From Antedon mediterranea (taxonomy: Eukaryota > Animalia > Echinodermata): a DNA stretch of 64,000 nucleotides. Below the pieces are notes generated by a model. It did not search any database and was not told the origin of the DNA. It was given only the letters and a program-made list of their open reading frames with translations. The DNA lies in the NCBI RefSeq assembly GCF_964355755.1, contig NC_092680.1, positions 12,471,045-12,535,044 of the forward strand, written 5' to 3'. Position 1 is the first letter of the stretch; each line of letters begins with the position of its first letter. Made by a program: the position numbers and the translations under genes. This document shows, piece by piece, positions 28,101-41,200 of this stretch.

Positions 28101-31100
28101 AATTATAGCCCTCCTATAAATCATGCAGTTATATTGCATTTTTTATAAAAAAAACTAAAATTGTAGTAACGTTTTAAAATTGCGTAAAATGGCAGCTAGA
28201 CGGCATGGACCGAAGAAAGTGGTATTTTTCTGAAATGACTGGACCCTACTCGCCCCAACCCATGTATCGTCATCCCGGTCCATGCCGTTTATAACGAAGT
28301 TATAGCCCTATAAATCATAGCCCTGGTTAGTCTAGAAGCCGTAAGTATAAAATCATTTAATTAAAATATTACACATATTGCGCCCCATACATACATGTGA
28401 ATGTGAATGTCGAATAAGGATAAAAAATTTGAATATCGAATAAGGAATAAGTAACCAACTTCACGCCGGTTGTTTTGTATGTCAAAATCGGTAACGATAA
28501 GATAACAAACAGCATACGATAACACATTTGCACATTAAATTTAATTATTTCCCTTTGTCATCGTTTTCGTGCACTCTGGGTGCTGTACGAATTGGTTGAT
28601 GTTTCATTTCGCGATTTCTTTCATTTTTTTTTCATTATGTTTTATCATGTTTCGTATTTCAAAATCGGTATACGATAACATAACAAATAACATACGATAA
28701 CATAATAACGGATACTGTTGGCGAAACTGTGATAGGTATAGGCACAGATTGCATGCATATTATAATGTACACCTCGTTCGGAGTACCTTTGTATCAGTTT
28801 CATGGGCACACGAACATTCATTATATATCACGATACATAGACATTAAATACTTGAATAGTAAAACAAAATCAATGCAGTGACTTTTCTCAACTTTAACTT
28901 TTTTTTTGTTAGCAACAATGAAATTAGCTCTTTTTAAACTCCGATCTTTTTTCCCAGGCAACTTCAAGAAAATGTTTACAATATTTATCAAATGCTGCCA
29001 AGACAGCTTTACTAAGATCCATGTTAATGTCCCCCCTAAAACTAAAATTGTTTTTTCATTAACATTAGCATTTATAAAATATTCCCATGTTGCAGTCTCA
29101 TCCAAAATTTCAAGGTCATTATTTAGCTTTACTAATTCAATCTCTCTTAGAGCTTGGAAATTAAATAAAAAATGTTTTTATTTAATAATAATAATAATAA
29201 TATTAATTTTCTATTTCACCACTCTATATAGTGCAGTGGCCAGTTATTTCTTTAGACATAAAATACACGGTTATATCAAGTTAAAACTTCTGTTTTTATT
29301 TTCTCTTTCCATTCCTATTCTATAATGAGTTTACTCTATTTTAACACACGATTACCATCACTGACAGAAGGTAGTTTGCATTATGTATTATTTATTTTTA
29401 ATAAATGTTATAGTGTACAGAAACGAATTTCTGATTTTATTTGACCAAATAAATCCATCGGTAGCGCCTCATAGTTGACCGTTGAATACAATACACAAAA
29501 GACACAGATGAATGCGTTCGTTTCGTTGCTACAATGTTTATCAAACGCATTCGGTTCTGGAATACGACGGCGAGAAATTCAACTTTAAACTTCAATTATA
29601 TTTATCAGTTTCTGAAAGAATTAAGCTTTGAAATTTGCAATATACCCTTAATAATGAATTCCAAACAGGTGGCTGCTCTCTGGTGGTAGGATTTATTGCT
29701 CTAGTAGGTATCTGGTGGTATTTAGTAGGACCCTCCTACTACTAGTAGTAGTAGTAGTAGTAGTAGTTAACAGGCTACTTGCTCTTTTTAAAATAAATCC
29801 ATCCAGGCCATGTAGCCTATGTATGTGCAGTTTCATGCTTTTGTTATTGCTTTTACTTATTATATCTATGTTTATTTTTGTAAATGTTGTTGCTTAACCA
29901 TACCTTGATGTTAAGGTGAATGTTAATAAAATGTTGAATTTGTGCAGTGATAAAAGTAATTAGCCTTTTTTTTCCACACACCATATACTCTAGTGTCTTG
30001 GTATTTATTTAATTCTACAATTAAAGGGCTACTACTGTTTTTTTAAACCTAGGTCCCGACCCTAGCCTATCAAATATTTAAAATTGTTTTTATTTACATC
30101 TTTTTTTAATTTGAAAACTTTTTAGTCAAGCTGTGATAGTGGATCGAACCATGTACGTCTCCGGTCAGCTTGGTATGAATCCAGAGACTCTTAACTTAGT
30201 TCCTGGTGGAATTGGACCGGAGACAGAACAGGTAGGCCTAGTGAATGAAACAAATAAACAGTCAAAAATAAAATTATCTTTTTTCAGATTCAAAGAAGTT
30301 TTGAAAAATACACTTTTAATACTACTGTACAGACGGATATCAGGAGAAGTGATCATGCCATATAGAACTAGCCCAGCTCATGATGATGTTTGCCCAATTT
30401 GTGGAAAAAGACCCCTCCCACCCCTCACCCCAAGAAAACAAATCTTGACAATAGGCTTTGAGAATTGAGCATGTTTCATGATCATCAAAAAAATGTATGC
30501 GAGGAAGATAATTAATACCAGAACAGTGCCTTTGATACCAAATTTACTTCACATTTTTCTTTTAGGCTTTGAAAAATATGGGGGCTGTACTTCGTGCAGG
30601 GAATATTGACTACAGCCATGGTATGTTTGGGAAAAATATCATTTACAAAACTTAAATATAGATTTCTATTTATTTTAACCCATTCTAAAACTGCCTTTAT
30701 GGCAATAATATACCAAAATTAGGTTCAATTTCCAAGATCTTTTAATGACCGTTTTTAGATGTTTGCCACCACGCCCCCTTTTTAATTTCGGTATGTGTTT
30801 GTATGTTTTTTACAAAACCTAACAAGCCTCTTATTTTATTGATTACAGTTATAAAATGCACAGTGATGCTAGCAGATATAAATGACTTTAATGAGATGAA
30901 TACTATCTATTCTAACTGTAAGTGTTTTACTTTGGCATTATATCTAATTGTCTTCAATGTCGATACCATCTGTATAAAATAGTTTAATGATTGCCAAGGA
31001 GCAGCTTGTTTGTTAAGCTCTGTTTACACTCCCAAACTACTTCTATTCCCACTGTTATCATCACCATCATCTATCCATTATACATTAAATAACATGATTG

Positions 31101-32161
31101 TCTTAAAAATAGTCATTACTGTATTATTGTTGTTTACCTCTCATCAATGTTCATCATCATGATTGGTGTCACCATCACCAACATGTCATAACCATCAACG
31201 TTTGATAAAAAATCAGTTCTTTTTTAATAGCTGCCTGTCTACTTTAAGAGGAGTTGATCCGGCAAATTTTCAAGATATTATATTTATAATAATATAATGA
31301 CCTTTGATATTTATAATGACATTTAATGACATTTTACAAGCATTTAACAGACATTTTTGACAATTCTATGGAATCATTTCTGCAGAAGTTCTTTGAATTG
31401 TTGTTATCCGGTTGCATTTGGTTTTTTTGAATGACTAGATTTGAAGCAGTACTTGTTTTCTTGTCAGCAACATGTTTCATACTTTAAAATGTCGTCATCA
31501 AAAACCTGGCAGATTTAATGTTGTCAATCTTAGTATATATATTTACTCCGCTTGTTTGTATTCCAAAGTAATTATATCATTTTAATATTTTAGATTTTTC
31601 TGACAATCGTCCAGCTCGTGTGGCGTTCCAAGCTGGTGCACTTCCTAAGGTTAGACTAATCATTTTACCTAACATGACCCTACAGATTTAGTTTAACCTT
31701 CTATAGTAGAACCACCTAACACTGTAAATTTGAATTTTAAAAAAGTAGATTACTCTTAGTCATATTAGGGAGGTTTCGTCGAATATGACTGGTGATATTC
31801 ATCAACACGAATACGCTTTACGAATTTGAAATGGGGATCAGGATCAGCTCAAAAAGTTCACAATGTGTGAATATCCATTTCCGTTATCGTATTCATAGCG
31901 CTGCGTAATCTCCCTAATGACATGTTTTCTTTATTTGTGAACAATCTTAAAATGTATACTGGACCAAATCTATACACAACTTCAGTTATTATAACACATA
32001 ATGCCTGACTGGTTCTATTATTAAACAATATGTAGCTGTTATGGTTGTTGTATAATACCTAAGTAATTTAAATAATATTAATTTCTTGTTTTTCTTTTTA
32101 GGGAGCAAGAGTGGAGATAGATGCAATAGCAATGGTTGATCAGATCAAAGAAATTAATTGA
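16138..32161 (+). CDS. RIDA: RidA / UK114 / HRSP12 2-iminobutanoate/2-iminopropanoate deaminase, 137 aa, 6 exons
   Basis: Exons 16138-16205, 30126-30231, 30566-30620, 30849-30917, 31594-31649 and 32102-32161, all GT-AG with compatible phases (414 nt). Protein MSAVVRRIITAAKDAPAAIGAYSQAVIVDRTMYVSGQLG...RPARVAFQAGALPKGARVEIDAIA keeps the catalytic Arg (PAR) and Glu. AATAAA at 32211. Confidence 0.95.
16542..17223. mobile_element. Tc1/mariner-superfamily MITE
   Basis: TIR CCGTACTGACGCGGGTATAAGCCC / GGGCTTATACCCGCGTCAGTACGG flanked by TA on both sides. Internal GGGCTTATACCCG repeats. Confidence 0.85.
17504..18309. mobile_element. MITE with long TIRs and 3-bp TSD
   Basis: ACGCCGTGGTTAGGATTCCGGCACCGGAACTCAACTGCC at 17504 and its reverse complement ending 18309, with inverted similarity over about 80 bp. 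TAT on both flanks. Confidence 0.85.
18395..18956. repeat. Minisatellite, 70-75-bp unit
   Basis: About 8 copies of ACAGTATTGCA(A/T)TAATAATTTACGTACGGTATTGCCGAATCTTTATATCTCATTTACATACTATCGAATCTTT. Confidence 0.9.
19010..19165 (+). mobile_element. Short LINE reverse-transcriptase fragment
   Basis: GMVLVDLKKAFDTVDHDILCNKLK...EWFKSYLSIRKQ is an RT motif. It is truncated by the adjacent minus-strand LINE tail. Confidence 0.75.
20511..23895. mobile_element. Kolobok-like non-autonomous DNA transposon inserted into the LINE RT
   Basis: TTAA on both flanks (20507-20510, 23896-23899). TIR AGTGGAGCTACACTCAG / CTGGGTGGAGCTCCACT. Removing it restores the LINE reading frame. AG termini with a TTAA TSD favour Kolobok over piggyBac. 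Confidence 0.75.
21336..23320. mobile_element. MULE-like element nested in the Kolobok-like element
   Basis: 9-bp TSD AATATATAG (21327-21335, 23321-23329). Imperfect TIRs of about 140 bp rich in GCGAGGCA repeats. Interior segments resemble 6520-7075. Confidence 0.8.
26580..27013 (+). mobile_element. 3' end of an L2-like LINE
   Basis: NTFYFNAIREWNNLPDYIKQISNTSKFKTELKQ is an ORF2 C-terminus. It is followed by a GGGACCACATTGGAATTAAG motif, AATAAA and a (GAAA)n tail. Confidence 0.75.
27098..28322. repeat. Tandem array of 195-205-bp units containing hairpins
   Basis: ACTCGCCCCAACCCATGTATCGTCAT recurs at 27194, 27400, 27857, 28051 and 28248. Units contain ACGGCATGGACC...GGTCCATGCCGT inverted repeats. 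Confidence 0.85.
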
Positions 32162-32725
32162 AAGAATTACAAACAATCCTATGTTTCATTACAGTATTTA
32201 GTTACACTGAAATAAAAGTTTATATTTTGAACAAGATTTATTAAGTTTATGTTTTAGAGTTATATACTGAATTCAACCATCCCATTTACACACCACTCTG
32301 AAAGCAGTTTGTAAATCTGAAAGTTCGTAAATGATAAGTCAAGAAGAAAAACCTTATTATCAATACTAAGTATCAAAATATATTTATTTTTAATCCTTCT
32401 ATTTGTTTTTAACATAAAATACTTTTAAAGAAACACATTTTGGACAAAATGTAGCAATGATTGAGGACCATTGTTAAAATAGTTTATAAATGTAGTTGAC
32501 TAGGTTTTCAATATCCTAAATCTAATTATTTCATATCTATAGCATATTGTTATAAATGAAATCAACAAATCATGTATTATTACACTAAATTATTCTGATG
32601 GATCTAATTTACTGATAAATAAAAACAATGGCTCTGCGATATCTGTAATCTTAAAATAAAACTAACTTGTCAGACTTGAACATTCACTATTAAATCATGG
32701 ATAAATGTATCGGCCGGTTCATTTA

Positions 32726-32861
32726 AGCTTGGTTCCCACTGGGACGTAAACGCAACTTAAGCGAGTTGACCAATGACAAGTTTGAATCCATCGCTTCTGA
32801 TTGGTCAACTCTCTTACGTTGAGTTACGTCCTTGTATTGCGTCTCTAGTGGGAACCAAGCT
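32726..32861. mobile_element. Short PIF/Harbinger-like MITE
   Basis: AGCTTGGTTCCCACT...AGTGGGAACCAAGCT inverted termini in a TTA/TAA context, with a palindromic interior. Confidence 0.7.
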
Positions 32862-33724
32862 TAAAGCACAATCCAATTTTTGAACACCAGGTCGCCGCCC
32901 TCTATAGGTATAGTTGCAAATCTCGGATGTCGAAAGTAATACAAATTTCCCAAAATAAAAATAATATTTAAATAAAAATATAAATGTTATTGTTTATTCT
33001 ATTGAATTGTATGTGTAGACAAAAAAATGAATGAATAATTTGTTTTTATTGACGAACGTATCGGAGAGTTATTCAAATACTGTATATAAATGGGTTAAAG
33101 GCAAATTAATGACAAATGGCAATGACGTGGGCATCAGACGCGTTACGTCTACGTATTGTGTTACGTCTACGCCTTGCGTTACGTCAGCGTCTTGCATTAC
33201 GTGTACTATTGTGGTAAGTCTACGTCACGTCTTGCTTTATGTCAACCTCTTGCGTTACGTCTAAGTATTGCGTTACGTCTACGCGTTGCGTTCAATTGGG
33301 AATCAACCTTTAAATTAAGCTACATGTGTTTCTCTAGACACCGTAACAGAATCTGGCGGGTGTACAAAGGGCCATGCATTTGCCATTGATTCCCCCTATC
33401 CTAAAAATCATAGAGGCAATCTATTTTAATTCCAGAAAAGAAAAACCTGGAATGAATACAAAGTGTGCAGAAGCAATTAGAATATTTGCATATTGATTAG
33501 GTGTAACGTTCAGCTCGTTCTTAAGATAAACTTTAATTTGTCTCTACTATGGATCATAGAACACAAGCAGGACGTATTGATACTGCGTTGTATTTTCACC
33601 TAACAAGAAATGTAGCGTATCCTGTACATAGAAGAAAATAATAGTGAAATACAGTATATAGTGATACGGAGCCAACCAAGAAGAAATGGATTTGATTTGA
33701 ACCAGCAAACGCGCACACGTATAT

Positions 33725-35205
33725 TAGTCAGGTTAAAAGATGTCATAAAATAGGGTCCCGTGTGCAATTTGTGGTGAAAGTTGGGAACTTGTCTAAATAT
33801 CTTTAGTGGGTCAAAATAAACCAGAAAAACGTTGTTGCCCAATCTGTAACCCCGTGGGGGGTCTTTTATGGGCCTTTTCAAAATGGCGGCCAAAATATTC
33901 AAATAGCTTATATCTTTGTAATGGCTGGTGTTACAGGTTTCATTATAGTATCAAATAATTCACAACATATATATTTATATTCACTCTAATACAACATTTT
34001 GTCAAAAAATGGCTGCAACTACCATTTCTGGCATTTTGACCTTGGACCTTGTCTTCTTATATCTCTGTAACCAATAAACTTTGAGAGAAAAAGTTTAATG
34101 CAAATTGTTCCGGACCAATATATTTATATTTGACCTAATGAACTTTTTTGTCCAAAAGTGAACAGAATTATTTTTATTGACCTTTCAGAGCATATATGTT
34201 TATATTCACTCTAATGAAACATTTTATCAATATGTGGCCAGAAATGGCTTCATTGACCTTTGACCCTGACCTTCTTCTATCTCGATAACTACTGGTCATA
34301 GAAACATGTATTTGGTCTTAAATTGTTTAGGGCATATATGTTTATATAGACTTGCCCCAAGTCTGTATTATCTTTTTTTTTTATTTATTTGTTTTTATTT
34401 CGACCGCGATTTTTGTCTGAAATTCAAGTAGTATACGTATGAAACGCCATATGTGCCAAATTATTTATCTTTTTACTAATATTAAGACAAAACTCCGTCT
34501 GGAACCCAGACTAATGTTTATATTCACTCTAATGAAACATTTTATCAATATGTGGCCAGAAATGGCTTCATTGACCTTTGACCTCGGTTTTCTTTATCTC
34601 AATTATACTGGTCACAGAAAAATAACATTTGACTGAAAATGGTCAGAATATAAAGTGAACATTAGAGTGAATATAAACATATATGCTCTGAACAATTTAA
34701 GATCAAAAACATGTCTCTATGACCAGTAGTTATCGAGATAGAAGAAGGTGAAGGTCAAAGGTCAATAAAAATATTTCCATTCACTTTTCGACAATAAAGT
34801 TCATTAGATCAAATATAAATATAGTCGTTCTGAGCAATTTCCATTAAATTTTTCTCTCTAAGATTATTGGTTACAGAGATATAAGAAGACAAGGTCAAAG
34901 GTCAAAATGCCAGAAATGGTAGTTGCAGCCATTTTTTGACAAAATGTTGTATTAGAGTGAATATAAATATATATGTTGTGAATTATTTGATACTATAATG
35001 AAACCTGTAACACCAGCCATTACAAAGATATAAGCTATTTGAATATTTTGGCCGCCATTTTGAAAAGGCCCATAAAAGACCCCCCACGGGGTTACAGATT
35101 GGGTAACAACGTTTTTCTGGTTTATTTTGACCCACTAAAGATATTTAGACAAGTTGCCAACTTTCACCACAAATTGTACACGGAATACCTCTTTTAACCT
35201 GACTA
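33725..35205. mobile_element. Foldback non-autonomous element with 550-600-bp TIRs (Academ-like)
   Basis: TAGTCAGGTTAAAAGA / TCTTTTAACCTGACTA termini and 3-bp TSD TAT (33722-33724, 35206-35208). Arms at about 33725-34350 and 34670-35205 are nearly identical in their outer 350 bp or so. Superfamily call rests only on TAG termini and the 3-bp TSD. Confidence 0.75.
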
Positions 35206-35290
35206 TATAGGTAAGTAACAACGCACTACAAGTGTTTGAATTATAGGCCTATAAAGTAGGCAACCGTACTTAAATAAGGCTCAATTTATC

Positions 35291-38200
35291 TTAAACGTTC
35301 AATTCCGGACAAATGTGTGAAAAGTAAATAAAAAGCTCTTGTATTGCAACTTCTAGTGGCATATGAATAGTGTTCGGTGAATTATAAGACAAGTTCATGT
35401 CCCAAATGTCTATGTAATGGATGCCCATTCCGTGGAAAGTTTCACGCATCAGACGCCGGAATTCGTACAATAATACGTCACTCGTCAGCCTAGCGATTAT
35501 GAATGTTTGTAAAGATTTTGAACTGTGTCTTCTTGGGTGTGGACTCTTAATAACGAATTGAGCTTGTGGACATTTTTTTCTGAAAGCAATGATCGCAGCT
35601 TTGATATGTTCTAAACGACTCAAGTAGGCTTCTTTTGTCCACACCTCGTAGTGTGCCCATGGACTTATCATAATTACGTATTCACAACTATCAGTTGGTA
35701 ACGATTCTAAAAAGTCAACCTCAAACATGCCGTCACCGATTCGTTCCAAACCGTTTCCAAGAACATACGGATGAAATTGAAAGGTCAAATTAAGAAAATC
35801 TGTGAGGATAGTATAACGTTTCTTTGATAGATCTTCAGGTACATCGATATGCAGATACATCAATAACTTTTCACACCACTGTCTTGTCGTAGAGTCTCCC
35901 AGAAAGACGAGACGTTTAGTTGATGTACACTGTCCTATCATTTTTCTTGACCAACTTCGGCTCCGACAAGCAAACGAATGCCACGTATCTCTATACCAGA
36001 ACCCGTCACTCAGGGGCTCAGGAGTATCTGGTGCGCACTCAGGTCGCTCTATGCTGTCCAATAACTCTCTATGGAAAGTTCTTGATGGATCTAACAAATA
36101 ATAAATGTAAAATGTGTGATGGAAAGCGGCAATATATGCGATGTGTAATGTAACGGTTTGTTACTGTTAAACGTACCCCACCCATTCTATCACGCAGTAC
36201 TCAAGTGTGTGTCGTGCATCACAACACTATGCTAACGGTTGAACACAGCCCCTTTGTAAATCTAGCTTTTTATTTTATTTATTTATTTTATTAATTTCGG
36301 CAAACACAGTTATACAGACATAAATACAAACAATTAGCTAGATTGCGCCAAGGAGTGGCAAAAGAGGCCAATAGCTTCTGTCGCCAATTAGGCGTGCCAC
36401 TCCAACAAAAAAAACTAAAACGAACAGTAATCAATATAAATATATAATAAAATTATATGGTTCTACAGGTATTTTTTAAAATATCTTTAAAATGTTAAAA
36501 TATCTTTATTTATTCTTTGAAGTGATTAGTGTTTAGTGCAATTGCATATGTTTTTGTCAATACGTACCTGATCTCATAATTTCAAATGTACTTGTTCCGT
36601 TTGTTAATTTACCAAAATTGATTTTCCTACAAAAATATAAGTAATGATTTAAATTGTAAAACTCCACATTGTATTCCACATGGTCTTAAGAAATAACTAA
36701 AATAGAACAGTGATCAAGTGAAGTTTGAACACATTTTTCTTAATAGATAACTTTGTCAAATCACTTTAAAAAAGAGTTAACAATAATGTTATGTTTTGAT
36801 TTTTCTAACGATACCGTAGTCTTAATAACAAATCAAAATTGTTAGAAATACCTAAATATCAGCCTCGGAAAAAATAGCACGAGCATCATAGTTATTAACT
36901 AATGAATTAGAAAGTATCAGTAACATCTGTTTAATTGCTTTGCACTATAAAACAATCACTCACCTTTTAAATAAATCTTCATTTTTTGTTAGTAATCCCG
37001 TATAAGACTTGGATAAAATTTCGTGAACGTTTCCTTTGGAGCGTATACCGTATAAAGAGGAACAAGGTAACGTTGAGGGTGGATCACACAGCATCAACGA
37101 ACCTCCCATTGCTTTAGGTTGTGGATATTCACATTTGTCTTTCCATACCCCAACGTTGTGTATCCGACACAATCCATACTCTTCTTTATTACCAACTTTG
37201 TATGTAGCGTTCCATAGTTTACGTTCCTCCATAGACCAGACGGTGTGTTTGTAAAAGCTGACAGTTTCAACAGTATGAACGAGAATAATACTCAATTGTA
37301 CTTTTCCATGGCAAGGTGCAAAGAAAATCGCTTCATAAGTTCCATTTTTAAAATCTAGAATTTTAGCTGCTGTCGAACAACGAGCTGTTGAAATGGTAGC
37401 GTACCAGAAATCTCCACCCAGAACACGGTGGCGACCGAATTCGTCAAATGATTCAATTATTATACCAAAGAAATCACCGACATGAATATCAGTGTTGTTG
37501 TCTTTGATATGAAAAGTAGTTTTGGACGCATCGGTAAAACCCATGGAGCCTGGAGTACCTTTGCTGTTGAATACTGGCTCAGGTACCGGAATAGTACTCT
37601 TCAATGAGTTGTACGTTGGAATTTTAATCTTTTCATCTTCATAAAAATTCGAAGAGTAATTCCGATATTGCCCTTCACTGTAGTACATATTCCCAATTTT
37701 TGTTCTTTCCAATAACTGTAAAGTTGAAGTTTTTAATTTAGTTCGTTAGTTATAATAAATCATTTTATTTTCTGTATAAGTTATCCACCATAATAAATAC
37801 AAACAAGAAAAAAAGCACAATCATATCACACCCCAGTGACTGAGTTCACTTTTAACAACCCTTAAATATCTTTGAGTAATACAATTTTTGTCAACAAAAA
37901 AATTACAACAAACTCAATACTAACCCCTTTTACACTATCACTGTAACAGCGGTGTAACCCCGCAGTTGTTAGTACACCGGGTCGTTAAACGCCGGTGTTG
38001 TGGTTTTTATTGACTGGTGTAAATGGGAAAATCCAACCACCCCGGTGTGGTCTCCCCGGGGTGAAACGAAGCTGAATGTTTTCCGGTGTACCTTCTCCGG
38101 TGTAGTCGAATCTACACGTACCGGGGACAAGAAGTGTAAACGGTTTTTGTGGTTCAACACCGAGCTGTTAAAGGTCATTGACGTAAAAATGTAACATTTT

Positions 38201-41200
38201 GTCACAGAAATACAATATATTATGCGAACAAAATAGGTTTTTTGCTTAAAATACACCCTTTTTGCTTAAAATAATAATTGTACGATATATTGTGCTGTTC
38301 GTATCCGGATATTCACCCCCTGGACATTTACCCCCGGAAAATTACCCCCCGGACAACCACCACCTGGACAACTACCCCCTTAGGACAACTACCTCTTTAG
38401 GACAACTACCCCCCGGACAAATACCCCCCGGACAAATATCCCCCGGACAACTACCCCCTTATGACAACAGCCCCCTTAGGACAACTATCCCCCGGACAAT
38501 TATCCCCTAGGAACAATTACCCCCCGGACAATTACCCCCCGGGTAATTACCCTGCGGACAACTACCTCTGAGACAATACTCCCCGTAGGACTCCTGGACC
38601 TGGACAATACTCCGAGGGCAAATAATCTTTTAGGACAACTACCTCCGTAGGACAACTACCCCCGGACAATACTCCGAGGGCAAATAATCTTTTAGGACAA
38701 CTACCTCCGTAGGACAACTAACCCCTGGACAACTACCCCCGGACAATTACCCCTAGGAACAATTACCCCCCCCCCCCCCCGGGTAATTACCCCGCGGACA
38801 ACTACCTCTGAAACAATACTCCCCGTAGGACTCCTGGACCTGGACAATACTCCGAGGGCAAATAATCTTTTAGGACAACTACCTCCGTAGGACAACTAAC
38901 CCCTGGACAACTACCCCCGGACAATACTCCGAGGGCAAATAATCTTTTAGGACAACTACCTCCGTAGGACAACTAACCCCTGGACAACTACCCCCGGTAA
39001 TTACCCCGCGGACAACTACCTCTGACACAATACTCCCCGTAGGACAACTACCTCCTGGACCTGGACAATACTCCGAGGGCAAATAATCTTTTAGGACAAC
39101 TACCTCCGTAGGACAACTAACCCCTGGGCAACTACCACCCAGACAACTATCCCTTTAGAACAACTACCCCCCGGACGGACAACTACCACCCAGACCATTC
39201 AACAACCTGACTCTGCAACAGTGTATAATAGGAATTAATAACTATATTTTAATTCGTTACTTTGACGAATTACTATTCATTATTGTAAACAAAAGTAAAA
39301 GATTGAACATAAATATAGCCTGGTGTCAGGTCTCTGGTCTCGGGTCTCTAGTTTCGAAACACCCGTTAAAAACAGATGATTTCATTTTTACAGAAACCGG
39401 TCCTATATATTTGTCTACTTTTGGATTGGGGGGGGGGGGGTAGTTGACCGGGGGTAGTTGACCGGGGGTAGTTACCCGGGGGGTAGTTATCCTAAGGGGG
39501 TACTTGTCCGGGTGGTTGTTATCCTAAGGGGGTAGTTGTCCTAAGGGGGTAGTTGTCCGGGGAGTAGTTGTCCTAAGGGGGTAGTTGTCCTAAGGGGGTA
39601 GTTGTCCTAAGGGGGTAGTTGTCCGGGTGGTAAATATCCGGGGGGTGACTGTCTAGGGGGTAGGTGTCCTAGAACCTGTGCTGTTCGTTATTTTATTATT
39701 TATTTATATTTAAAGGCAAAAACAACTTTGTGATTTTTTTTTCTGCTGAAAATATTGCAATTTTTCGTGTGCATTCTACCTTACCAGAAAGCCTAAAATA
39801 ATGTAATATTGGTGTAACTCTACCCTGGCCGATTCTATATGTAGGCCTAATTATTGAAAAAGGGAAAAATATATATAATACTGACGTCTTTAGGAACTGA
39901 AAAAGTAGGCCTACCATATAATAATTTTCCTTCATTGATACATTGTTATGCTAATTAACAAATACATTTTTTATTTTAAATACTTACCATCCCTATTTTT
40001 ACAGGGGTCCCAAGTCTACCGCTATTCGCGGTAGTCTACCGCTTTTAGTACCCATCTACCGCGCTACCGCTATCTCGACGTTTTCTACCGCATTTTGATT
40101 TTTTTACCGCATTTTCAAATTTCCCCATATTTTTGGCCAAATTGATTTACGGTAATACACCCAGCCTCAGCCCAGGTCAACAATAGTCAATAACCAGACA
40201 AAAGTGTGTTTCACGTTTCGTGAATGGTAGAATATAACAATAAAGATACGGACTAAATAACTCGTGTTACTCGGTAGCCATATTTATTCAGGTCAAGAAC
40301 ATAGCGCCCTCAGTCGGGACACGATACTGTGACATCCTTCCTTTTTTATAATAAGTTACGGTGTGCGCTTTTATGAATTTTTTTTTATATACTTATTTGT
40401 CATTTAGTGTGATGAATATAATAAAATATAGTATATCAATTAGTATCAGTGTTACTGTTTAGACTTCATATCTCTTGTGAGTGAATTATTATAAATACAG
40501 TATTATCATGAGTAACTTTAACACAACTTTAACTTTAACTTCTTTAACATAACGTTTAACTTTAACTTTTTTTTTTTAACATAACGTTTACTTGCAACAA
40601 TTTAAAAAATGGTTTGTAACATAGTTCCAGTCTGCTTTTATTGATTAATTAGTTATAGCAGCTAAGATATGAATTTGTTTTTATTTATGAGTTACATAAT
40701 CTTTTAGATAGATAGGTTGTTTTTTTATTCTGGTTGATCTGCGTGGTTGAGTTGGTTCCGTCATTGGTCTGTGTGATGTAGTTTGTTTGGTTGTTGGTAT
40801 TGGTTGCGTTGTGACCTCCTGCTGTTCAGTTGGTATTGTTGCATTATCATCTGCTGTTGCCATTGGTGTGTAGAGTTGAGTTGTATCAGGGGGTGATTCA
40901 GGTGTTTTCCTAATATGTACTCTGTTTCTTCTATATGTACCTGTTGGTGTGTCTATCTCATATGATCTTTCATCTAGTCTTTTTACAACTACTCCTTTTT
41001 GCCATTCTTTTTGACCTAATCGGTGTGGTTTTAGTCTTACCGTATCACCTTCAACCAGTTCTGGTAGGTCATGTGCATGTTTATTGTATTTAGATACTTG
41101 TTTCTCCTTGTTGGCTTTTATCTGTAGCTTGTCCAACTGTAGATACTCTTTTCCTCTGGGTGTTAGTAATGTGTCAGTCATTGGTAACATTGATCTTGTG

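Noticed and set aside
35360-35380. NxxH instead of DxxH in the NXPE catalytic loop as a sign of inactivation
   Set aside because: From memory, NXPE family members vary at this position, and the GDS Ser and His are retained.
38262-39082. Pro/Gly-rich ORFs
   Set aside because: They are translations of the GGACAACTACCCC tandem repeat.
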